Virus record (IMG/VR): IMGVR_UViG_3300010162_000373
Coordinates: 68,865 to 132,864 of that record
Direction: 5' to 3' (one strand)
Length of the DNA stretch: 64,000 bases
Source of the DNA: a virus
Taxonomy: Duplodnaviria; Caudoviricetes
The number at the start of each line of letters is the position of its first letter. Within the stretch, counting starts at the first letter, position 1. Below are positions 1 through 8,710 of this stretch, piece after piece. Below the pieces are notes generated by a model. The model saw only the letters and a list, made by a program, of their open reading frames with translations, had not been told where the DNA came from and did no database searches. The translations under genes were made by a program, and so were the position numbers.

Positions 1-88
1 GCACACCAGATAATATCTTCTACTTTATCTTGAAGCTCAATAAGAATTTCTTCTATTGGCTTACTCAAATCAAATTTTAATTCGCTCA

Positions 89-934
89 TTAGTCTTTAAT
101 GTTAAACATGGGCATTACACCGCCCTCTCCGATAAGTAATGTTTGTGGTACGTCTCCATTCCAGCGATTAATAGCTTCCCACAGTGCCAGCTGAGGTTTA
201 GCATATTCGAGACGCATACGCATTGATTCAGCTTCCGCTTCAGCTTTAGCTAAAATCGCGCCCGCTTCTCCCTCCGCCTTAGCAATCGCCTGCTTAGCTT
301 CAACCTCGACTCGTAGAAGCTCATTTTCTGCACGCAAGAACGCCTGCTCAGCTACTACTTTTTGTTCAATTGCTGCATCAAACTCTCGACTGAAATTAAA
401 ACTCACCACGTTTACCTGAGTTACGATAATTCCGTAATCTGCCAATCGCGTCTCAAGAATTTCCCTCATTTGCTGTGAAACTTCTTGTCGCTGCGTAATA
501 AGTTCCTCAGCTGTAAATCTAGCAGTCACTGCTTTAAATACTTCAGCTGTGCCCGGCATAATTACAATTGATTCATAACGAATTCCAATATTTCGGAATA
601 AATCTACAACTTGTGTGCGCTCCAGGTGATAATTTATGATGATCGACGAAGTGACGGTTTGCAAATCTCTTGAAGCAGCTTCGTTACCAGTAACCTCAGC
701 TTTCTGAATTCGAGTATCAATACTATGCACTTGTGTCAAGAAGGGTGCTACAAAATGAATTCCTTCTGTTAACTCTGAATCACGCGCAGTGCCTAAAAAC
801 ACACTAACGCCTACATAACCGGGCTGTACAATACGGATAGACTTAAACGTTCCTATTACAATAAGCAGAATAAAAATAGTTAAAATTGTCCATTTAATAA
901 TAGGTTTTGCTTCCTCCCATTCACGTTGCGACAT
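89..934 (-). CDS. SPFH/prohibitin (band 7) family membrane protein
   Basis: N-terminal TM then IVQPGYVGV...EGIHFVAPF, ASRDLQTV, FTAEELITQR, FSREFDAAIEQKVVAEQ, AEGEA; start moved to MSQREW (GAGGAG SD upstream). Confidence 0.93.
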   Translation of the reverse strand: MSQREWEEAKPIIKWTILTIFILLIVIGTFKSIRIVQPGYVGVSVFLGTARDSELTEGIHFVAPFLTQVHSIDTRIQKAEVTGNEAASRDLQTVTSSIIINYHLERTQVVDLFRNIGIRYESIVIMPGTAEVFKAVTARFTAEELITQRQEVSQQMREILETRLADYGIIVTQVNVVSFNFSREFDAAIEQKVVAEQAFLRAENELLRVEVEAKQAIAKAEGEAGAILAKAEAEAESMRMRLEYAKPQLALWEAINRWNGDVPQTLLIGEGGVMPMFNIKD

Positions 935-990
935 TGCGATCTCCTCTAATTGTTTAAGGTTATTAAAAAATTCTATTTGTTTATTTTTTC

Positions 991-1374
991 TCATTTAGGG
1001 TCAGATAATTCGCAGCAAAAATATAACGGGATGCTGCCGTCCTCATTAGTAGTTACTGGATTGTGATGAGACGGCATATACATGTCCCACGTATAACCCC
1101 TAACTAACCATTCTTTAACGTGCTCAACTATGCGCACAGCATCTAGATCATCTTTTTCATATGCTTTCTTTAAACTACCATTAAAACTTTCACCACCATA
1201 TTCAAAAATAAATTTTATGACTGTATAAAGATGTGTTTCGCGCACTGCACGGTACGCTTCTTCTTGCGACGCATACCCGCCGGATTCCCAGCGCACAACA
1301 TTTTCTTCTTTTGGGCCAGGAATGCATAACTTAAAAGTATACTTAAGCGGCTTGTTAGGGCTTTTTAACGACAT
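991..1374 (-). CDS. Hypothetical protein
   Basis: 127 aa ORF overlapping the upstream gene in a co-oriented run. Confidence 0.65.
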   Translation of the reverse strand: MSLKSPNKPLKYTFKLCIPGPKEENVVRWESGGYASQEEAYRAVRETHLYTVIKFIFEYGGESFNGSLKKAYEKDDLDAVRIVEHVKEWLVRGYTWDMYMPSHHNPVTTNEDGSIPLYFCCELSDPK

Positions 1375-2107
1375 TAGCTAATCTCTCCTTGTTGCTCTCA
1401 AGAAATTGCATTATTTCCGCAAGTAACTGATCCTTCTTTGCTGCTGTGCGCGTCGTTTCCCAGCCGCCCTGGTTATGAACATAGTTAATGAGCCGATACA
1501 TAGACACAAACTTATCTATACCATTGACTATCCGTTCATTTTGACTGCGCAACTGTTCTTCAGCGACCGCTATCTCTTCAAGTTCAGATAAATTGACAAC
1601 AATTTTAAATTCCTTACAAAAAGCTTTAAGGTTATTTAATTGCTGATAATTTGAGAAAGTATATCCTTCACGCGGGCCTATAACAATGGTAGTATAAGGT
1701 TTTATATTTCCTCCCGAAGTATATATGTACCTAACGCGCAATATATTACCGCCCTCAAGAATTAAATCGTGCCCGTACAACGAAGATGGCATCACAGCTG
1801 ATGTCCGGTAATTTGTAAAATCATTTATATCAGGTGACATAAATTTTAATACAAATTTACCGCTATCTTTTTCCATAAAAACTGTGTGCGGTAAAGAGAG
1901 AACATAACGCAACAAAATTACTTTTATCTCGTCCTGTTCAACAAACTTATGCAACTCCTTATTTTTTGCAAAATATTCGGCAGCACTATTTTCATAATCA
2001 ACTTCAAGACGCGCTAGTTCAAAAGTTCTATCTATATATTTTCGAACAACAGCGTCAGCTTGTTTTCGAGCCCCATCGCATTGCAACCCAACTAAAAAAT
2101 CAGACAT
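1355..2107 (-). CDS. Hypothetical protein
   Basis: 250 aa ORF overlapping the terminase stop by 8 nt. Confidence 0.75.
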   Translation of the reverse strand: MSDFLVGLQCDGARKQADAVVRKYIDRTFELARLEVDYENSAAEYFAKNKELHKFVEQDEIKVILLRYVLSLPHTVFMEKDSGKFVLKFMSPDINDFTNYRTSAVMPSSLYGHDLILEGGNILRVRYIYTSGGNIKPYTTIVIGPREGYTFSNYQQLNNLKAFCKEFKIVVNLSELEEIAVAEEQLRSQNERIVNGIDKFVSMYRLINYVHNQGGWETTRTAAKKDQLLAEIMQFLESNKERLANVVKKP

Positions 2108-4067
2108 TTATTTCAGTTCCTTCAATTTGGTCAATAAGCTCTTGCTTAAGTTCCTTAATATTTGAATAAGATAAGTATTGTATTTCAGGGTACTTTCCCC
2201 TTAATACGTGAGTATAAAAGTAATGAACCCCGTAACAGCAGCAAGCAGTAAAGTCATCGGGCTGTTGAGAAGTGGCGCTACGAATAATAGTATATACATC
2301 AGAGGCGAAATTCGTACTATGCTTGTCCTCAACAAGCGACAAGAAATCATCCACCAATCCAAGCTTACCTCCTTCAACTGTGTCATACTGAAAAAACCTA
2401 ACATATCCTTGCTTTATGAAAGAAATCAACCACATCAAGCCCCTAGCTTTATCTAAATTATAGCCTGACCTGTCCCCCGTGCGCATGTCACCAGCTACCC
2501 ACTGGGCAATAGCTCCTCGACGTATTCGACAATAATATATACGACAAAAGACATCGTCTGGAACTCCGAGCATACGCAACTGTGTCTCACGAGCTGACCC
2601 GCTGCCCTGTCCGTCATGAACAATCTTAGTAGCTAAGAACATTTTTTTGATGTTCAAGATGGTACCTATTTCTTTTTCATGATCATGCGGAGTAAGAGAA
2701 CGATAACCAAAAGGAATATCAATCTTACCGTCATAACGCAAACAACAAACCGCAATAGTGGTGAAGGAAACTTCGTTAGCTCCTCCACCGCCCCAGTCTA
2801 CGCTAATTATTACATCTTGGTAAATACCGGTTTTAAATTGTTTCTTAACGTGCTCAGCTGCCTCTTGGATACGATTGACACTTGTGGGCAGCTTACACGC
2901 CTCCTTTAATTCAGTAAGTGTAATAAGTCGGGAACTGCCGTCATAAGATACGCCGCATATTTCGTTATAAAATTTAGCAGGAGTCGTATTATCCGCACCT
3001 TCCCGATAACCCAATAATTTATTCCAAGAAGCGCTGTCTTCACAGTGCTGAGGCAAGACTAGCTGAGGTACATGGTAGCCTACATTTTCCCATCTCTTTT
3101 CTGGGTGCGCATGTACCCACATACCTTGTCTAGTATCCAGCGGTTTACCGCATCTTTTCTTTTGCCCGGCCAGTAGGCCAGCACAGACAATACCAGGAGT
3201 TTCTCGACTTACTTTCCACCTAGGCACACGAGGCCCAATCATCGCATCCAAATCTGCATCAAGGCTAGGATTATTCCAATGACCGCAACTAGCGCAGCGA
3301 ATGCACCATTCAGCTTTGCTGCTAATAGCCCAGTATTGCTCCATAGTGTTGTCCATGGTTTTGGGTGTACCGAAACGTCGTATAAAACGTAAATGGCGAG
3401 GAGCAGAAGCTGCGCACTGATTAATAATAGGAGGATATTCAGGATCAAAGTCACCGATTTCGTCGTAGAAAATTGCGTATGTTGAAATACCTCGACATCT
3501 AGTTACAGAAGTAAAGGCGTATGAGAAATATAAAATTGATCGATTTATGAAATCGCGTTGAAGGATCGAATCAGAACATTGTGCATTTACCATGAGACCT
3601 CTAATCGGCGACTCATGAATAAAAGGCTTCACATAGTTCTGAGATAATCTTCGCACCTGCTCAAACAGCGGCGTCACTGTTAATATTCTCATGTGAGGTA
3701 TTAACATAGCTAGTCCCACCGCCGATGCCGCTATTGTCATGCTCTTTCCCACCTGACGGCCGGCACATATCACAGCATTGGACGCAATTTGGGTTGAGAA
3801 AATAGGCTCAAAGAAAAAATGGCGATCTAACGTGTAAGGCTTCTGGTCGAGATTAAACATCAATGGCAAAACATTTACCATCGATAAATTTACGCCCTCT
3901 AGAATATTAGAAATATTCTGTAAAATTGTTTTAGCGTTATCATAATTAACTTCACCAGTTTTTATGGCCTTAGCTAATGTACTGAGCTGCTTTCCTTCTA
4001 TTGAGCTGGTGCTTTCACCAGCTCGAACCGTCCTGACTTCAGGTGACGGTAATTTTATGCGCGTCAT
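2100..4067 (-). CDS. terL: Terminase large subunit (GpA-like)
   Basis: Walker A AGRQVGKS, Walker B AIFYDE, FGTPKT coupling motif, CxxC zinc ribbon, GYHVPQL, FYNEICG, nuclease VDWGGG and C-terminal PDD. Confidence 0.92.
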   Translation of the reverse strand: MTRIKLPSPEVRTVRAGESTSSIEGKQLSTLAKAIKTGEVNYDNAKTILQNISNILEGVNLSMVNVLPLMFNLDQKPYTLDRHFFFEPIFSTQIASNAVICAGRQVGKSMTIAASAVGLAMLIPHMRILTVTPLFEQVRRLSQNYVKPFIHESPIRGLMVNAQCSDSILQRDFINRSILYFSYAFTSVTRCRGISTYAIFYDEIGDFDPEYPPIINQCAASAPRHLRFIRRFGTPKTMDNTMEQYWAISSKAEWCIRCASCGHWNNPSLDADLDAMIGPRVPRWKVSRETPGIVCAGLLAGQKKRCGKPLDTRQGMWVHAHPEKRWENVGYHVPQLVLPQHCEDSASWNKLLGYREGADNTTPAKFYNEICGVSYDGSSRLITLTELKEACKLPTSVNRIQEAAEHVKKQFKTGIYQDVIISVDWGGGGANEVSFTTIAVCCLRYDGKIDIPFGYRSLTPHDHEKEIGTILNIKKMFLATKIVHDGQGSGSARETQLRMLGVPDDVFCRIYYCRIRRGAIAQWVAGDMRTGDRSGYNLDKARGLMWLISFIKQGYVRFFQYDTVEGGKLGLVDDFLSLVEDKHSTNFASDVYTIIRSATSQQPDDFTACCCYGVHYFYTHVLRGKYPEIQYLSYSNIKELKQELIDQIEGTEINV

Positions 4068-4082
4068 AGCCTATATTATAAG

Positions 4083-4328
4083 CTAATCCTCGTCCTTAGC
4101 TACTGGACTTATCGCAACTATCTTTTGCTCAGCTGTAGAATCAAAATCCCAGTAAAAGTTACCGACCTTTAATTCGTCTCTCGTCGGATCAACATGAAAT
4201 CCAGACGACGTATTCATATAAAAATAGTTTTTAACCAAGTCGGCAGCTTGTGCCCTGCCTTCTGCCTTAATATATACTTCGCCGCCAAATGTGAATTGAA
4301 CATCTAGCTTAAATGTCTGTGTACTCAT
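4083..4328 (-). CDS. Hypothetical protein
   Basis: ORF 4083..4346, likely ATG start MSTQTF at 4328. Confidence 0.65.
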   Translation of the reverse strand: MSTQTFKLDVQFTFGGEVYIKAEGRAQAADLVKNYFYMNTSSGFHVDPTRDELKVGNFYWDFDSTAEQKIVAISPVAKDED

Positions 4329-4350
4329 GTGTAAAAGAGAGGTCAATGGT

Positions 4351-4378
4351 AAAAAGGGGCTCCAAGTTCTTTGGAGCC
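4351..4378 (-). terminator. Intrinsic terminator
   Basis: GGCTCCAA-agaac-TTGGAGCC followed by ccTTTTT on the minus strand. Confidence 0.75.
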
Positions 4379-4384
4379 GTATAT

Positions 4385-4558
4385 TCAGAAGAAATCGCAG
4401 TATGCACAGCTAACTAGATGACTTACCGCAAGGAAAAAATTCTTGTTTTATATTCAAAAAGTTGTATCAGTTACCCAATACGCATAATCAAACTATAAAC
4501 AAGAAATCTTCCTTGCAGTAAAGTCACCTAGCTAGGCGCATACCGCGATTTCTTCTGA
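4385..4558 (-). repeat. Long imperfect inverted repeat / predicted RNA hairpin
   Basis: Arms 4385-4452 and 4494-4558 are near reverse complements (TCAGAAGAAATCGC ... GCGATTTCTTCTGA). Confidence 0.9.
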
Positions 4559-5884
4559 TGGGACGTTGACGGTTACTGTTTGACCGCCCAACGTTAAATC
4601 TTTTTCTCCTTTGAGAGCTTTTGCCGCTTCTTCATAGCTTTGAATCACCATGTCAGCGTCAATCCACTGTTGCCAGACTTCAAGCGTCTTTCCAATCTTG
4701 GAAAGATCTTTCCAACGCTTTGAACCTTCTTCCAGTGTATCCCGTTGAGTCATTAACTCATCATAAAGGGTTGGAGCATAAGAAAAGAATCGCTCCATGT
4801 CGTGACAGCGTAACGCGGCCTGTACTCCCTTTGGGATATGGTTATCGCCGGTTGGTTGATAACCTGTCAGGTAGCCTTTATCAAAAGCTTCCTGTAGTTC
4901 GCTCTCAGGTACGTATTGCCTGTACTTCTTCTGAAGAGTGACCCTTATGACACTGCCTATGAAAAGCGCACTGTCACGGGTTTCATCCACAAAGCCCAGG
5001 TATACATGCCTACCATCACTGATCTCTTGGCGAATGAAGCTGTACACCAGCCGAGTGATAACATTGTACAGCGCGGGCTTGAGAACCCCGCGAATGTTGT
5101 GCAAAGTTTCCCTTGCGACGTAAATGTTACATCCGGTAGAATCTTGGATGAATTGCAACATGGCGAGGTAAACCTCTTTCTTGGTATTCAAGAAATCCAA
5201 AATACATCGGCCTTGTATCCTGTTACCATCTTGATCCACACGGTAGTCGCAGAGAAGCTCACCATAGCGTGCTTCTATACCGTCTGTGAACTCCACCAAC
5301 TGTTCTTCAACGGAATTTACTCCGTCGGGATACCAGCATTCATTCAGCGATTCAAGCCCGTGCATCGACAAAAGTCGAATGGAATGCACGCCTTCGATGT
5401 ACGAAGGTCTGCCGTCTTTGTCCTTATCCTTGATCTCTCTGGTAGAGAAGATCACTGTCCTTTTACGGAACAGTTCGAACTGGCCGGCAAAGAGTTCCTG
5501 AAATCGCCCGATCTCATACACATCCCTGTCATAGCCGTTTCCAGCATGAGCCTGAACATGTGTATACCGTTTATCGTATGCGTATTTCTCAGAACGCATA
5601 GGAGAGCGTTGATAGCGCTTTTTCTCGTCAGCCACGGTTTTCGGCTGAGAGCTAGGTTGCCCTTTGGGGGGATTGGTGGGTGTCACCACAGCAGCCTGAA
5701 TCTCCTGTTCGCTACTGGTAATGGACTGACTCCCACTGTCGGGTAGTCCATTTGTGTTGGTCTCTGTATCACCCTCCTGGGCAATGACATCGGAGGAGAC
5801 CGATTGTTGTGTGTTGAGGTGTTCCTCATCATTATAAACTCCTTCTAAATAATTTACGTTAGTGGTTTCTGCTGATGTAATCAT
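4532..5884 (-). CDS. Hypothetical protein (accessory cassette gene)
   Basis: 450 aa ORF, disordered N-terminus, own upstream motif and downstream terminator, visibly more GC-rich than its neighbours. Confidence 0.85.
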   Translation of the reverse strand: MITSAETTNVNYLEGVYNDEEHLNTQQSVSSDVIAQEGDTETNTNGLPDSGSQSITSSEQEIQAAVVTPTNPPKGQPSSQPKTVADEKKRYQRSPMRSEKYAYDKRYTHVQAHAGNGYDRDVYEIGRFQELFAGQFELFRKRTVIFSTREIKDKDKDGRPSYIEGVHSIRLLSMHGLESLNECWYPDGVNSVEEQLVEFTDGIEARYGELLCDYRVDQDGNRIQGRCILDFLNTKKEVYLAMLQFIQDSTGCNIYVARETLHNIRGVLKPALYNVITRLVYSFIRQEISDGRHVYLGFVDETRDSALFIGSVIRVTLQKKYRQYVPESELQEAFDKGYLTGYQPTGDNHIPKGVQAALRCHDMERFFSYAPTLYDELMTQRDTLEEGSKRWKDLSKIGKTLEVWQQWIDADMVIQSYEEAAKALKGEKDLTLGGQTVTVNVPSEEIAVCA

Positions 5885-5988
5885 TCAGTATTCCAAGCTA
5901 ACTATTTGCCCTTTTTGCCCGCCAACCGTGACGCCACAAAAATCATAAAAAGCATCGTGCTTATATGAACTAAGAGAGCTTAACAACT

Positions 5989-6002
5989 ATATATGCCATA
6001 AA
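5989..6002 (-). promoter_or_regulatory. Class II promoter-like motif TTTATGGCATATAT
   Basis: Identical 14-mer at 46259-46272 (+); both lie upstream of stand-alone accessory genes. Confidence 0.6.
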
Positions 6003-6004
6003 CT

Positions 6005-6613
6005 CTAAGAAGATTTAAGAATCAGCTTATTTTTAGCTGCCTTTTTGCGAGACGCTTTTTTCACCGGTTTTGTGTCTGTTGACTTAATTACTGTCTTAAC
6101 TACACCCGCCTCCTCAGCTGCTTCCCTAGCTAACTTATTTTCAAAATGAGCTGGATTAATAAAGATTTGAGATTTCTTAGCCAATTCCTTTTGTTTTTCA
6201 GCCTCAATCGCCATTTCCTTACGCCACTCTTTTTTAGCTTCTTTTAATTCCTTATCCGTTTTGCGAATTAGTCCGCCACCCTGTTCGTCTTGTAAACAAG
6301 CTACGTCGTAAACTTTAGTGCGAAATTCATTAAGAAAATTCCAGATAACAGTTTTCGTAACGTGATAATCCTTAGGATTTTTCTCCATATCCCTAAGAAA
6401 TAGTTTTAAAGCTTGAGCTACCCTCAAGAGAACTTCCTGAGGATGACCGTAGCTAGGTTTACTGTCAGGCTTATTTGGATCGGCACACATTATCAGCCCG
6501 CCTTCGGCCCAATATTTTAGAGGTTTCTGCCCAGACTTAATCATAGCTGGAAATTCGACCGTATTATTTTGAGTATGATGCCGCTGACCAGCGTATGAAA
6601 TTATCTTTGACAT
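6005..6613 (-). CDS. Hypothetical protein with Lys-rich C-terminus
   Basis: 202 aa ORF, basic tail KPVKKASRKKAAKNK. Confidence 0.75.
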   Translation of the reverse strand: MSKIISYAGQRHHTQNNTVEFPAMIKSGQKPLKYWAEGGLIMCADPNKPDSKPSYGHPQEVLLRVAQALKLFLRDMEKNPKDYHVTKTVIWNFLNEFRTKVYDVACLQDEQGGGLIRKTDKELKEAKKEWRKEMAIEAEKQKELAKKSQIFINPAHFENKLAREAAEEAGVVKTVIKSTDTKPVKKASRKKAAKNKLILKSS

Positions 6614-6690
6614 ATTCTGTTTTTAAGGTTCTTTTCATCGATTATAATAGGAATAGTCATAGAAGCCAAGTCTCCGCGATAGAATTTTCG

Positions 6691-7734
6691 ATGAATTTCC
6701 CCACTTCTGAACTTATTTCATTTGGTAAGCAATTTGGCCTACCGTCTTACATTAAGGCAGCTTCCACAAAGAACTTTGAAGAAATAAGCGATCCGCAAAC
6801 CAAGGTCGGTTGCTATCTTGCAAAATTCGCTTCCCTCAACGGCACACAGCATATTTCTACTTCGGAGCTAAATAAAAGAGCACAAATCCTAAATATTTCT
6901 GAAGATATTGCACAATTAGATCACGATTACAGGGCATTTCAAAACCCAGCCCCTATAAAAACAGCAGCCCCAACCGAAAAGTATCCAATCAGAAACGCCA
7001 ATGAGTACATAGCGGCGCTTGAATGGCTAAAAAAGAATGCATATGCCATTCCTTTACCGGAGCGACGAGAACTGGCGGAAAACCTGCTCGAGAAAGCAGC
7101 TTCTTTTGATGTTGAAGCCGATGAATGTCTAACTATGTACGCCGGCCAGCGGATTGGAGATATAAAACAAATAATTCCTAATTTGTTGAAGAGAGCTGAA
7201 TTAATACGAAATAGCCGACTTCATCCAGTTAGCGTAAGGGAAAAAACGGCAAGTGAATTGGAAGCGGTAGCTGAGCTAGCTAACCTCCAGCCAAATAACA
7301 CTTTACAGCAAGACAATTTAGATAAAATTGCTGCCACTTTGCAATTTATCGACAATGAGTACGGACTACAAGGTCATTACTCTAATGGCTTCATCAATGA
7401 GCCTGACGCAGTTTTTGTTCACGGCACGAAAGTAGCTGAAGATATTCTCGAATATGGCTATCAGTATCACGATGCTGTATACGACATGCGAGACTTTGAG
7501 CAAATTAAAGTAGCTGCCATCATTGAAACTTTAGGAGAAGACTTCGCCAGTGTAATGACTGATGGATTGTCACTTGATCATCAAAAGATCGGAACAGTTC
7601 TTAGCGTAATGACTGACCTAGAAAAAACTATGTTTAATGACTTAATTAAAGAAGCGGGTATTAGACCAAAGTTTTATCATAGAGAAACAGTCAATCTTAA
7701 AGAGTTGGGCAAAGAGTTAGCTAATTTGGCATAA
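6691..7734 (+). CDS. K-x-A-rich putative head assembly/internal protein
   Basis: Long ORF, probable start MNFPTS at 6691; many KxA motifs (KAA, KFA, KRA, KTA, KNA, KIA, KVA, KEA). Confidence 0.75.
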   Translation: MNFPTSELISFGKQFGLPSYIKAASTKNFEEISDPQTKVGCYLAKFASLNGTQHISTSELNKRAQILNISEDIAQLDHDYRAFQNPAPIKTAAPTEKYPIRNANEYIAALEWLKKNAYAIPLPERRELAENLLEKAASFDVEADECLTMYAGQRIGDIKQIIPNLLKRAELIRNSRLHPVSVREKTASELEAVAELANLQPNNTLQQDNLDKIAATLQFIDNEYGLQGHYSNGFINEPDAVFVHGTKVAEDILEYGYQYHDAVYDMRDFEQIKVAAIIETLGEDFASVMTDGLSLDHQKIGTVLSVMTDLEKTMFNDLIKEAGIRPKFYHRETVNLKELGKELANLA

Positions 7735-7861
7735 CTTTTAAAATTTTTCTAGAAATTGCGTAAAGTGGCAACATAGCTAGCTACTTTGCGCTATAATTAC
7801 GTATAGTCAGGTTCACGACATTAACTGCCCGCGTGCCCCGCGTCAACATTGGGTTATGTAT

Positions 7862-7896
7862 TCGCCATGCTAGCCGGTAACTCATGGCGATTTTTT
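7862..7896 (+). terminator. Intrinsic terminator
   Basis: TCGCCATG...CATGGCGA followed by TTTTTT. Confidence 0.7.
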
Positions 7897-7902
7897 ACGT
7901 CT

Positions 7903-7939
7903 AAAAAAAACGGGAGCTAGTAGCTAGCTCCCTTCTTTT
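7903..7939. terminator. Bidirectional intrinsic terminator
   Basis: A8 - GGGAGCTAG tag CTAGCTCCC - TTCTTTT between convergent genes. Confidence 0.8.
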
Positions 7940-8133
7940 CAGTTCTCACCAGGCAGCTTCGGTACATTAATAGTTCCGATGTTGGTTAGATCTATAGTGT
8001 ACTGTCGTTTCTGACAAGTTCCGCACTCGTAGCATCCGCCCCCTGTTATGAAGGTATCGCACCGATGCTTATATGATGGCGGCTGAATAGATTTAGTCGG
8101 CTGCGTAGCCGGCTGTGTAATAACTGGAGACAT
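7939..8133 (-). CDS. Small Cys/His (putative zinc-binding) protein
   Basis: SD GAAAGGAA before ATG at 8133; HRC...CYECGTC motif; 64 aa. Confidence 0.7.
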   Translation of the reverse strand: MSPVITQPATQPTKSIQPPSYKHRCDTFITGGGCYECGTCQKRQYTIDLTNIGTINVPKLPGEN

Positions 8134-8513
8134 GATAATTTCCTTTCGGTCATGTAGTATCAAATAGGTGCCATAATTTTTGATACTGAATTATTACATA
8201 GGCTGCATTAGCGAACATAAAATAAATATTAGTTTCGGGAATCTATGATTCTGACGGCGATCAGTTCAGTGAACCTTGTGCCGCTCTAACCTACCTCTAA
8301 CACTATTAACTAATGCACAAAGCGTGTAACAGAAGATGCGTCCCGTCCGTAGACTAATTGGGTAAGCGCCATACTCCTAACAAGTTAAATAAACATAAGT
8401 AACCGTTACACACAAATTTATTTACCTTAACTGCCGCTCTTTTTAATAACTAAAAAAGACACTCAATGTGTCAACTAAAGATATATACCTTTTAAGTAAA
8501 AAAAATTAAAAAA

Positions 8514-8586
8514 TTGCGGAGGTTGGAAGCGAACCAACACCGTTCGGGCTTATGAGACCCGTGAGATACCACTTCTCGACTCCGCA
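8514..8586 (-). tRNA. tRNA-Met(CAT), initiator-like
   Basis: Acceptor TGCGGAG/CTCCGCA + discriminator A, D stem GAGA/TCTC, anticodon arm CGGGT-CTCATAA-GCCCG, T arm GTTGG-TTCGCTT-CCAAC; CCA not encoded. Confidence 0.9.
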
Positions 8587-8710
8587 TCCTATATTTTATC
8601 TACCGCTAGCTAGCTCACCCAAAATCCATTCGTGGCGTCAGTAGTTTAAAAAGAATAGATTATATCCTTAGATATAATCACACTTTTAATTACCTTAAAA
8701 ATCACTATTT

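Noticed and set aside
4385-4558. MITE / IS terminal inverted repeats
   Set aside because: No target-site duplication or second copy seen, one arm is coding, and the mismatch pattern fits RNA pairing
4916-5746. 276-aa plus-strand ORF
   Set aside because: Fully antisense to 4532..5884, TTG start and no recognisable motifs; best explained as a shadow ORF of a GC-richer gene
8159-8173. Sigma54 promoter (TGGCAC...)
   Set aside because: The GC required 10 nt after GG is absent
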